A stretch of DNA of 62,316 nucleotides, the filler included, from Porpidia crustulata (taxonomy: Eukaryota), in NCBI GenBank assembly GCA_964255105.1. It is 16 parts of 16 records of this genome, joined end to end, with 100 filler letters (N's around TTAATTAATTAA, not from the genome) between each part and the next. Parts side by side here need not be neighbours in the genome. Positions count along the whole stretch, not along the records: positions 35,250 to 39,038 come from CAXUWE010002228.1; positions 39,139 to 42,922 come from CAXUWE010002229.1; positions 43,023 to 46,805 come from CAXUWE010002230.1; positions 46,906 to 50,685 come from CAXUWE010002231.1; 12 more parts are not named here. The stretch is one strand, 5' to 3'. Position numbers and translations under genes: made by a program. Numbering within the stretch: the first letter of the stretch is position 1; each line of letters opens with the position of its first letter. The notes below the pieces were generated by a model, which made no database searches, had not been told where the DNA came from, and was given only the letters and a program-made list of their open reading frames with translations. Shown here piece by piece: positions 38,026 through 48,195 of this stretch.

Positions 38026-38810
38026 CTTGATAAGGTTGGTGAGTTAGATCCGGCTCGTTTGGTTGGCCCTGTAGATAGGAGATAAGAGGTGTCGATAGGT
38101 GATCTAATGGATGAAGCCTGTATGCGAGCTACTCTTTACTCTCGCGTGGTACAGTAAGCAGTTATAATGAGACTCTGATATTGGTTAACTCCAGTCGTCA
38201 CGTATAGAGAGTTTGACTAGTTGTCAAGAGACATACGGCAGGCATCAGCTGGAAGCTATTCGCTCTACTGAATTCACCAGCCCCAACTCCAAAGTCACGC
38301 GAGCGGCTCAACTCGGGCCCGTCGGTCAACAGTGCGTGGTATTTCCAACGGGAGTCAAGGTTGCATCAATATCTCCAGCTGAGAACGCACGTGGGGCAGG
38401 ATGCCGCAATTGATTGGCTGATGCATCCTATCCATCACACGGACGCAGATAGCCGTTGAGACTGGAAGTTGATGATGGCAGGAGTCGACGAGGAAGTTCG
38501 TCAATGCTGAGCAACAGCACGGGGAAAGTAGGTGGTACTGGATTGGTGGGTGATTAATAGTTGGGGCGGTTGAGTATCAAATGTCCTAAACGTGTCAAGC
38601 TTGGGAACTAAAAATACCAAATTCCCCACATATCACTAGGCCCGATCAGGATAATCTGAAACATGACCCTTTTCGGCTTCCTAGGACGCCCAAAAAATCT
38701 AACTAGGGCATCATGAGAGTTTGAGCCGGGAATGTCTGTTTCATTCGACAAAGACCAACCTGCGTACCTGGGCATGCTGTAGATCGACAGGAAAATGAAA
38801 AAGAATAACT

Positions 38811-38862
38811 TAACGTCCGTCCCTGGGTCGCGAGACGCACCCCGTCGCGAGACAAACCACCA
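38811..38862 (+). mobile_element. Solo pogo/Fot1-type terminal inverted repeat remnant
   Basis: TA + ACGT terminus, then CCGTCCCTGG-GTCGCGAGAC-GCACCCC-GTCGCGAGAC-AAACCACC. A TA target, ACGT end and internal direct repeat resemble Pot2/Vader-type ends. Confidence 0.55.
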
Positions 38863-38876
38863 ATTTAGGCCTTTGA

Positions 38877-39038
38877 AGCGTAGAGGGATGCTCCTGGCCC
38901 AGCACCCTCTTCCTTGTCTCCATCACTTGCACCTCCAGCTCTTCGGCCTCCTTCCAGCGTCCTTGATTCCTATATGTCGAAGCCAGGTTGGCTATGCTGG
39001 TCAGCGTAGAGGGATGCTCCTGGCCCAGCACCCTCTTC
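38877..39038 (-). CDS. Fragment of kinesin-light-chain-type TPR repeats (fungal NLR sensor domain)
   Basis: LGQEHPSTLTSIANLASTYRNQGRWKEAEELEVQVMETRKRVLGQEHPSTL. The same nucleotide block recurs at 38877 and 39003 (126-nt period, 42 aa). The contig breaks inside the repeat. Confidence 0.88.
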
Positions 39039-39307
39039 NNNNNNNNNNNNNNNNNNNNNNNNNNNNNNNNNNNNNNNNNNNNTTAATTAATTAANNNNNN
39101 NNNNNNNNNNNNNNNNNNNNNNNNNNNNNNNNNNNNNNGTCAAAGTTTTCCATCATCCGTCACCCATCATCTATCATCCTGGTCGGCGTTGAGGCGGAAC
39201 TCTGAACTCCTGTCTTTGAATCCGGCTGATGTAGTAACGAGGGTATAGTTTGTGCATCGTAAAACTCATGAGGGTTGTTCAACTTCCTCCACACCTCAAT
39301 CACACGC

Positions 39308-41255
39308 TTAATAACCATCGCCGACTTTCCGCTCCCGAACCCCAGCGCCCATCCCATCCTCTCCACCCTTCACGTGATCCGAGCCAGTCGCGCTTTCCTC
39401 GTCAAACCCATCGCTGCCCGCATACGCAACGCTGACCTCCGTAATCTCATCTCCGACCTCCATCCACTTGGTGCTTGTCGCTGGGATCGGAGAGAATCGA
39501 CACAGCAGCCAATAAGTTCCGCTGGCGACGATAAACCCACAGAAGAAGTTGAGGTCATACAAATATTTGGCACCCTGGGGCACCGGTCTGCCAATCGCAC
39601 CCACGAAACCGACGATGTTGATGAGGATACCACAGATGTATGCGGTGTAGCCGCGCCAGTGGAAGCCAAAGGTGAAGTAGTACGGGGATGATTTGCGCGC
39701 CGAATAGAGGTCTTTGATTTGGAAGTAGCCGCGGCGGACGAGGTAGTAGTCGCAGATGATGACACCGGCGATGGAGGAGAGGAAGACGGAATATGCGCTT
39801 AGATAGGTGGTGAAGTTATTGGAGGTGGAGAGGAGGTTCCTGAGATCGTTAGCAAAAGGCGTTCGGGTGCAAGTGACATGAAGTGAGCTCACCAAGGACA
39901 CATGGCGAGACCAACGGCGGCACAGATGTATCCACCACGACGAATGTTCAGGTAGCGGGGCAAGAGGGCAGTCATGTCCGTGCCGGCGGAGACCGAGTTT
40001 GCGGCAATGTTCGTACCAAGCTGGGCCAAAGCAAAGGCGAATGCGATGATGAAAACACCAAATCGTTCACCCGAGTTGGCTCCGTCGAGGAAAAGGCTTA
40101 GCAGTTCCAGAGGATTCCAGATCGCCTTACCGTAAATCACAGTTGATGAAGAAGATACTATAATTCCGATGAACGAGGTGACGGCAAAACCAACTGGAAT
40201 AGTGATGAATTGAGACCACAAGGCATCCTTCGGCTTGATGGCAAAGCGAGCAAAGTCGGGGTCATTGACCTGTCGGGTAGTGTGAGTTTTCATTCAATGT
40301 GATTTTTGAATATCTACTTACAATCAGGGTAGCAAAGTTGGCGATCGAAGACATGATGCCAGAAACCATGGCCCAACCTAGGGCGCTCCCGCGAGCCTCG
40401 GATGGCTGATGTACAATAGGTCCAATGCCGTGAGCTCTCACAATGGCCCAGATGAAGTAAGCTACACCAGCTACAGGCACAAAGAATGCCTTTACTGTGA
40501 AGAGATGGCGGATCTTGTGGACTGGAAACCAAATCGCTGGAAGACTGCATGCCCAGAACAAGAAGAAGCTTACGAAATCCCGGGTGTTCGTCCCAGAACT
40601 GGCCGGCATGCTATTTGGCACATCCTTATAGCGGGTCCAGATGGCGCGGATCATGAGGGTAACGCATTCTCCTTGAAAAATTTTAGCATATAATTGCCGG
40701 TTCTATGACAGGGAAACTTACCGCCAATCCAAGACTGAACTCCATACCATATGCAAGCCATAGCTGCCCTATTAAAGACAGGCCACAACGAACCCCATAT
40801 ACCAAAAGAGGCTCTGGTGACGACGGGGAAGCTGATATGGTACGTAGCACCAATCCGACCGGTCATGCAGATGAAGGTCGCCGATATAGTGTATCCGATC
40901 CAAACACATAGCCATGACTGCCACCACGAAAGACCGTTGACGATCATGGAGGACGAAATCATCCAGGTGTTCTGAAACGGTGAGGACTCTGTGAATGCAT
41001 GCGAATGTTCAACATACGATGTTAAAGGAGTCGGCAATCCAAAATCCCACAAAGTTCCACGGTCCCCATTGCCTTCGTTCAGGCTCAACTGCAGCAACGT
41101 CAATTGATCATTTCTGTACACGGAGGGTATGGAGCTCATCTACCTGGCTTTAAGTCATAGTTGGTCAACATCAATTGGGCATTGGTAAGGCCTGGCTCAC
41201 TGGATACGGCCAATTTCCGCACCAGATTCTTCGCCTTTGACGTTGTTTTCTCCAT
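39308..41255 (-). CDS. NCS1 family (Fur4/Dal4/FurA-like) uracil/uridine/allantoin permease; multi-exon
   Basis: [116 protein letters not shown]. Confidence 0.95.
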
Positions 41256-41533
41256 TGTGATTGTAATGATTCAAAGGCTGCGGTCTGATTCTAGGAGTCA
41301 ACCAGAGACGCACTGATGTAGCGTCTGGCTCGTGCGTATTCGGGAGACTTGAAAACTCCAAGTTCCGATCAAGACGTATAGTATATAACAATTGATTGTC
41401 TCAATGGTAAAACGACTCCCGCACCACGTAGGTGTTTTCCTGGATTGCAATTTTTACAAAGTCAAGATACAATGCAGGCCCCCGCTCGATTATATGCATG
41501 CCCGATATCTAATGCCAGACTCCCCGCGATCGT

Positions 41534-41780
41534 TCGGTTCCGTCCGATAAGGAAAAAAAGGTGCAAGCTGGATGAGCAGCAACAAAAGATCGACGGACTC
41601 GCTACTGCAAGTTCATGCCTGCAAGTGTCTGATAATCGTACATTATTGATACGCAGTGGTTTGGATTATCTAGGTGGCGTGGATTCCTCACGGGTTCTGT
41701 GAGAACGCTGTGTTGGTGGCGGCACCGATTTCCCCACCTCATCCTCATCCTTATCTTTATCTTTATCTTGACCTTTATCG
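41534..41780. promoter_or_regulatory. Candidate UaY/Ppr1-type Zn2Cys6 site and GATA (AreA-type) cluster upstream of the NCS1 permease
   Basis: TCGG-TTCCGT-CCGA at 41534..41547 overlaps GATAAG. Further GATA sites lie near 41631 and 41665, three tandem TTATCT at 41751..41768, and TTATCG at 41775. Confidence 0.6.
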
Positions 41781-42600
41781 CTCGTGACAAGTTACCTTAT
41801 TCCATCGAGTCAACTACGGCCTAAAGCTCAGTATTGTCATAGGGTCGTATTTGCTTAGAGACTTGCTTGCCTCGATAGGATCTAGTGATAAATAGAGTAC
41901 TTGACGAGGTGACATGCACAATTTCGTCGTATGTTTGTTGGTACTGAGAGAGCACTCTAGGGCCATTGCCCTGCGCTACTTGGCTACAAGTGATCAACAG
42001 GATAAAAGCAACATCGATTCGTTCCGCCGGACGACTCTTGGCTATCACCGAACAGTACTCTCACTGACGGCTCGGCTCAGTGAGAATTGGAAAGTAGATA
42101 AATAACGGCGATAGCTTCATAAATTGACACTATATCAGGTAAAGAAAGTATCGTTATCTACTATCTTACCTTCAGTTTGGACCCTTCCGTACTATAACCT
42201 GGAGTTTCGAGCTGAGCCTCGAAGAATGGATGATCGTATCTTCACCTGCAAATATATCTGTATCTCCTATACTATTTCGTATTACAAAATCCTCAGCTCT
42301 GAATGTCAGATCCATGCTGATCGTATTTTATCGATTCTTCGTTTCCGTCATGCTCGATGGCCTATCATTCTATATCTTATTTTGAGCATCTCCTCTGCAC
42401 TTTTGGGCCAGTAGAAGCATTGTGCTTTGCGGCAAAAGCTGACTGCTCCATCAAAGCATAATTTGATATTTCGTTTGGCCTTGACGGAGTGTACGCATGG
42501 CCGAATGGATCAGGATATGACCTTGCTCTGCACAGCGGGAACGAGAGACTGCAACTAAGTACGGCGGGCCATTATGGACTTACCGACAAAACAAAAATTT

Positions 42601-42641
42601 TTATAATTCAAAATTCAATAATTCAATAATCCATAATTCAA
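42601..42641. repeat. Short imperfect AT-rich tandem repeat (ATAATTCA-like)
   Basis: ttataattcaaaattcaataattcaataatccataattca. Confidence 0.6.
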
Positions 42642-43022
42642 GCTTTTTGTTGAACAAAAGGCTTTGGTGGAACCGATAGATTGATTTTCTAAAGGATGAA
42701 GAAGGTAGAAAGGGAGCGGCAGAGCTTCTTAAGGAAAACTCTGCTAGCGCATCCGCTATCCTTCATCAGTCTAAATCATCCGTCACAAGTTCACTGCAGT
42801 CAACCCCTAGTCATACGGACATATAGACATGAGCAGATATCGCATATTTCCAACACTTTTATTCTTTTTGTTGAAATATATGATGGGCTGACTTAGGGTG
42901 AAAAGGGTTGTGGATTGAGTCGNNNNNNNNNNNNNNNNNNNNNNNNNNNNNNNNNNNNNNNNNNNNTTAATTAATTAANNNNNNNNNNNNNNNNNNNNNN
43001 NNNNNNNNNNNNNNNNNNNNNN

Positions 43023-43761
43023 GGTGTGTTGAGGTTGGGCGTGGAGCGGAGCGGGGCTTTGGTTGCCAGGTTAGTATGGATGGTAGGTCGCAGGTTGGTG
43101 GTACAAAATCGGATACGGGTGGCGGAGTCCGTCGGTGGCGTTTTGGAGATGGTGGAATGTGGTTGTGAGTTGGCGATGGAGAGCTACTGCTGAAGCCGCG
43201 TTTCGGTGGCCTATGCGACGGTTGAGAGTCCGGGACGACGGAGGGCGGAGGTTCCCAGGAATCTGACTGTGTACGCCGGAGGGAGGGAGTCTCTTGGGAG
43301 GTGGTGGAGTTTGTCGGTGCTGTTTGCGGTCGTTCGACTGCGGGCGTGCGCTCGATGTGGATGAATGGTGACTTGGAAAGCTCCGGGCGTGGTAGGAGCG
43401 GAATTGGCGTCACGTCTTGGAGGGAATGATGTGCACGAGGCCTTGAGATTCCTGGGGTAGTGAATGTAGCATTGGTCCTGAACCAAGCTTTCCCATGAGC
43501 GCCCAGAGCTGCCTGTCCAGAGGTGTGCGAGATAGTCTGCTTGAATCCCTCCTCAAAAGGCTGTCTGGCGAGATTGCCGACGGGTGCTATATCCGACCTT
43601 TCCAGGTCATGATCTCCCTCCTTTATTTCGGACGCACATAATGTGTGTCTGGTAACAGCCTCAAAATCTAAGAACCCTCTTGCCTGTCTCCTGTATATAG
43701 CATCATCGACTACTCGACTAGGAGCTGAGATGTGAACGAGGATCTCCGACCGTTGGACCAT
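43023..43761 (-). CDS. Fungal hypothetical protein, Ser/Pro-rich; 3' truncated
   Basis: Open frame from MVQRSEILVHISAPSRVVDDAIYRRQARGFLDFE..PPSVVPDSQP to the contig edge. Confidence 0.7.
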
Positions 43762-44320
43762 GATCAAAAGTCATGGCGGAGGAGGGCTTAAGGTCCTTCC
43801 AAAGGTCCATCTGGCTATGAGAAGCCTGTGAGAAAGTAAAGAAAATCGAAGGTAACGTTGGTTTGGTCGAGGGCTTCGAGGCCTTCACGTAGTGACGACC
43901 AGACAGCTCTGGAGAAGGGAGCGGATTCAATAGACAGGGATAAGACGTTAGCGGGGTTGCCGGTGTCTTATTGTTCCTTTCCGGTCGTGCTGCTCTCTCG
44001 ATGCGACACTGCTCTCCAACCTTGCGCTAGCAACGATTGTAAAGAAAGCAACTTCTAAAACCAGAGAAAACGACAGCGTCCTCCAAAGGCCGTCAAGTTG
44101 CCCTATTTCTGGATTTGGCCACGGCTAACTAAGGTATCTTCATTACGAATATCGAACCAGCTCAATGTTTGTGGATAAGGCTTCACTTTTGCTGGAGGTC
44201 TGAAGATGTTATCGCGCTGAAGAGATCGGATCTCATCCGGCCGACTAGGTGCCCAGCAAACGGGAATTATATTGTCGAATGAAGAAGAAGAGCTCTCAGT
44301 GTTTCCATGTTTGGACTTCC

Positions 44321-44901
44321 TCACCCTCCTCCAACTCCGCTGCTGCCACTCCCGCTACCAGCGCCCACGAAGGCCTTTCCTTCGCCAATTGCTCCCTGCA
44401 CATCGACACCTCTATCACTCCCCTCTCCACTTGTGCTTCCCTGTTTTAGCTTTCTTTGTTCTTCCTTTTTTCTATCCAACCCTGCCGTCAGGCTTTGTTG
44501 TTCGCCAAAGCCATGCTTCTTATCTTGCGCGCTTGCAATGTCTCCGTCGCCAGCTGCACGCATTTGTTCACCCTCAAGATCGCTTACCGGACGTCCCATC
44601 TAAAAGTAATTTAGTCTGACCCTAAGGCTCTCAATACCGCGAGAACCTCCACCTTGTCACCTGCATCCCCGCTTGAGTCTCTGGCTCCATAGCCCAGGGA
44701 ACTCGGCATTCCACTACCGCTGTGCTTCGACGGTACCGGGATATCATTTGGTATTCGCTCTTCAGCCGTCGGGTCTGAACGTTGCAGAGACGCTGAAGTG
44801 GAATTTGAGGATTGCTTTTCATAATCTGTCTGAGAGGCGGGGTTCGAGGGTTGGTCATAAGCAGTGTTTAGAGTAGGTTGCGCTGGGCCTGATGGGTCCA
44901 T
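44321..44901 (-). CDS. Small hydrophilic Gly/Ser-rich fungal protein; 2 exons
   Basis: MDPSGPAQPTLNTAYDQP..PSSLGYGARD..DK / short GT-AG intron / MGRPVSDLEGEQMRAAGDGDIA..GFGEQQSLTAGLDRKKEEQ. Confidence 0.7.
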
Positions 44902-45397
44902 TGTGGTAGAGCGGTCCGTAGTTGATTTCGACAGTTTCCCAGGCGGGCAAACTAATCTTTCAATGAGACGTTGGAGTAGTTGATACACAATTGAACAAGG
45001 ATAAGCTAGCCTAACATTGTGTATCAAATGACGTCACAGATCAGGTCGTCCTCGATTTGGCGAATTAGTTCAGAATGAAATTCAACCAGCTCATTCATAT
45101 TCTGTGAGTCTCAGTATATCGACTACGTCCTAGCCTGGCATGGAGGAATAGTATGATCAACTCTTATATGATCACGAAAAATGGTCGCCCATACTGATAC
45201 TGGGTCGGCCGGAGACGATTGACAAACATAAAGGGTAGGCAACGCACATGCTTAAGTAGCGTAACCTTAAGTATCGATCTGTCGGCGATAGATACTGGAA
45301 ATCTTAGACCGATATATCATGGATCTAACAGTGGACCAGACAAGACACGCTAGCACCCTCAAGCGCATCGCGAGTGCTCGATTCTAGGAGCTGCAAC

Positions 45398-46551
45398 ATG
45401 GATTGGAGCATAATATGTTTCCACGCTGCTACCTTTATAGCAGCAGTTGTACTGCTCGACATTGGCGCTGACAAGTTTGTGGATCACACCGCCATCATAG
45501 CTCGACGTCTTGGTGTTTCTGCGACCCTGATCGCATTGCTCACTGCCGGCGCAGAATGGGAGGAGGTGAGTCGAAGTCCTGCACAGAATAGCGATATTAG
45601 ATCTTCTCTGATCGTGGATTGTTGTAGCTTGCCGTGATCATAGCTTCCCTGTCCAAAGGCCATTCTTCGTTGGCGTTGGGCAATGCCGTCGGCTCCAGTA
45701 TTTCAAATATCCTGGGAGCCTTCTCTCTAGGATTGCTTTTCCAGACTAGCATACCTACTTTCGATACGAGCTCGAAGATATATACCACAACATTGCTACT
45801 CTTCACGTCTGCAATCACCGCCTTGGCCTTGGCTGGTCTTCTTGGGAAGGCCGTGGGTGGAGTGCTGATTGCGAGCTTTGGAATATATCTCGTTTCGATT
45901 GGCTGGGGCATCTACAGAGGTGCATTGACGCCTGCTGAACTTTCCGATTCCGATGACAGCGAGAGTGACGACGAGAGCGATGCATCGTCTACAGATGTTG
46001 AGAGTTCCCCCACTGGCGGAGAGCAGAGCCGACCTACGGAGGTCGCGCCTCTTCTCTCGAACTCGGGCAAGAGACCCAGGATATCAAACCACAAACCTCA
46101 AAGTCTAGCCTTCCACCTGGTCCAAGTGCTTATGGGTTTCTTCGCGCTCTGTATCTCCGGTTACATCCTATCGGTCTCGGCTTCTGCCCTCGCAGACGCG
46201 TTACACCTGTCCGGCACTATAATAGGCTTGACCATCCTCTCCTTCGCCACGACCTTGCCCGAAAAGTTCGTCGCCGTCTTCAGTGGATCGCGAGGTCACG
46301 CGGGCATCCTCGTGGCCAACACGGTCGGAAGCAATATATTTCTCCTGACGCTGTGCCTGGGCATTATCCTTGTGAGCACCGGCGGAGTCTTTGATTCGGA
46401 TATCAACAAGTTCGAGCTCCTGTCGATGTGGGTTTCGTCGGCGATGTTGTTTATCGTCGTGTTCTTGGGGTCGAGACGCTGGATGGGCGCTTTGCTGCTG
46501 CTGATGTATCTTGCCTTTCTGGTCTTCGAGTTCACTCTTTACAGGCGATGA
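45398..46551 (+). CDS. Cation/Ca2+ antiporter (CaCA, YrbG-like Na+/Ca2+ exchanger); 2 exons
   Basis: Intron 45566..45627. Two homologous halves GADKFV..LGNAVGSSISNI and IIGLTILSFATTLPEKFVAV..ANTVGSNIF, separated by an acidic loop. Confidence 0.9.
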
Positions 46552-47487
46552 GGCGCCAGCGGCTGGTTCGATCCCCAAACGTGGTATGTCATGTCATGCC
46601 ATGCCGACATATATTCCGCATCGCCAGACGTGAAAAAGACCGATGTCCGTATATCTGCATATATGCTCCTTCCCAATCCTCAGCCACTCCAACCCCGAAG
46701 AACAATACAATCATCAGATGCGATTCTTCCTCCACCATCACAGCACAAGCTCTACTACGGTATCCGGGCGAAATGTTGTTAGTACATGGCGTTTGGCCAT
46801 ACCATNNNNNNNNNNNNNNNNNNNNNNNNNNNNNNNNNNNNNNNNNNNNTTAATTAATTAANNNNNNNNNNNNNNNNNNNNNNNNNNNNNNNNNNNNNNN
46901 NNNNNCTGCTCGTATGGGCATTTACAATTTGATAGTTTCACTCGACTGCGGCATGTGGTACTTATCTGTAGAGTGTAGGAATTGTGAAAATCGTGTGAAA
47001 AAGAAAAAATCCCCTCAACGGCGCGGCGCTGCGCTAGTGCAGGTACCCATACGTAACATTTCACTAGCAAGGTAAGCGGTCATAATTGGACCGTTTACCT
47101 GAACGCATGGTTTTCTTAACCGAAATGAGACAATTTCCCCCCTACCTAACATTCCATTCTCGTCACTTTGGTAAATAAACATAAAAGTATAGGAAACGTG
47201 GATAACCATGTTCAATTTTGAAGACTAATTAATCTATCCAGTCATAGGTAGGGTGAAGAAATTATGACGGGTATAGACCGTTGAACATGACTACCCACAA
47301 TAACCACCGCACACATGCATGCCACCATCCCTTGTAGTTCAAGTCCATCATGATGAAAAGTCGAGTTTCGCCCGGCGGATGAGGGTATCGCGACAAGCGC
47401 ATGAATGCACCCATGTCCCACGATCCATCTTGTTTTGCCAAGGGGAAGCGAATCTAGTCCTGCGAAAAACTTAAAGCCACGACACGC

Positions 47488-48195
47488 TTACAAAAGGTAA
47501 GCGGCCAGACCGAGGAGACCGGCAAGGCTGGCGCCGGACGCGGCGAGCTGGTTGGCAGCGCCGGTGAAGACGGGGAGCTTGCTCTTGGTTGGCGTAGGCG
47601 CACCGGTGCCGCTCGCTGCGGGAACAGTGGAGTTGCTGGCGACGGGGAAGCTGGCCGATGGGATCGGAGCGACGGGAGCCGCGGTGGAGACGGGAGCAGC
47701 AGTGGAAACTGGGGCAGCTGTTGAGACTGGTGCGGCAGATGATGCTGGCACTGGCGCGGCAGAGCTGACTGGAGCGGACTTGGCTGGGGCGCTTGACACT
47801 GGGGCAGCAGAGCTAGCTGGCACGGGGGCAGCGGAGGTGGAGCTATTGAAATGATCAGTTTGGTTTCCTGTTGAGTGCACCGAGAATGAGTGAAGCCTTA
47901 CACTGCGGGAGCTGAGCTGATGGGCTTGGTCACAGTGCATGGGCAGTTGGTGATGGTCAAGGTGGTGGCCTAGTGATGAATGTTAGTTTGGAATCCGATC
48001 AACACCTTGTAATTGCGCGTGTTTTCTTACCTCAGTGACTGTGTAGGTGCTGGCTCCGTGGGTGATTTCAGTTGCGGACGGACAGTAGGTGGTGTAGGCA
48101 GTGAGAACCTCGGTGGTATAAATGACGGAGCCGTTGTAGTTGGCAAAAGCACCGGCCACGAGGGCAGCGGACGCAGTGATGGTTGAGGCACGCAT
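47488..48195 (-). CDS. GPI-anchored cell wall protein, CCG-6/Sed1-like; 3 exons
   Basis: Signal peptide; YTTEVLTAYTTYCPSATEITHG..YTVTE/ATTLTITNCPCTVTKP; (S/T)AAPV tandem repeats; GPI signal FTGAANQLAASGASLAGLLGLAAYLL. Confidence 0.9.

Noticed and set aside
46551..46580. GGTTCGATCCCC T-loop-like motif (similar ones near 8803, 27244 and 50202)
   Set aside because: No cloverleaf stems or A-box could be built around them, so no tRNA is called.
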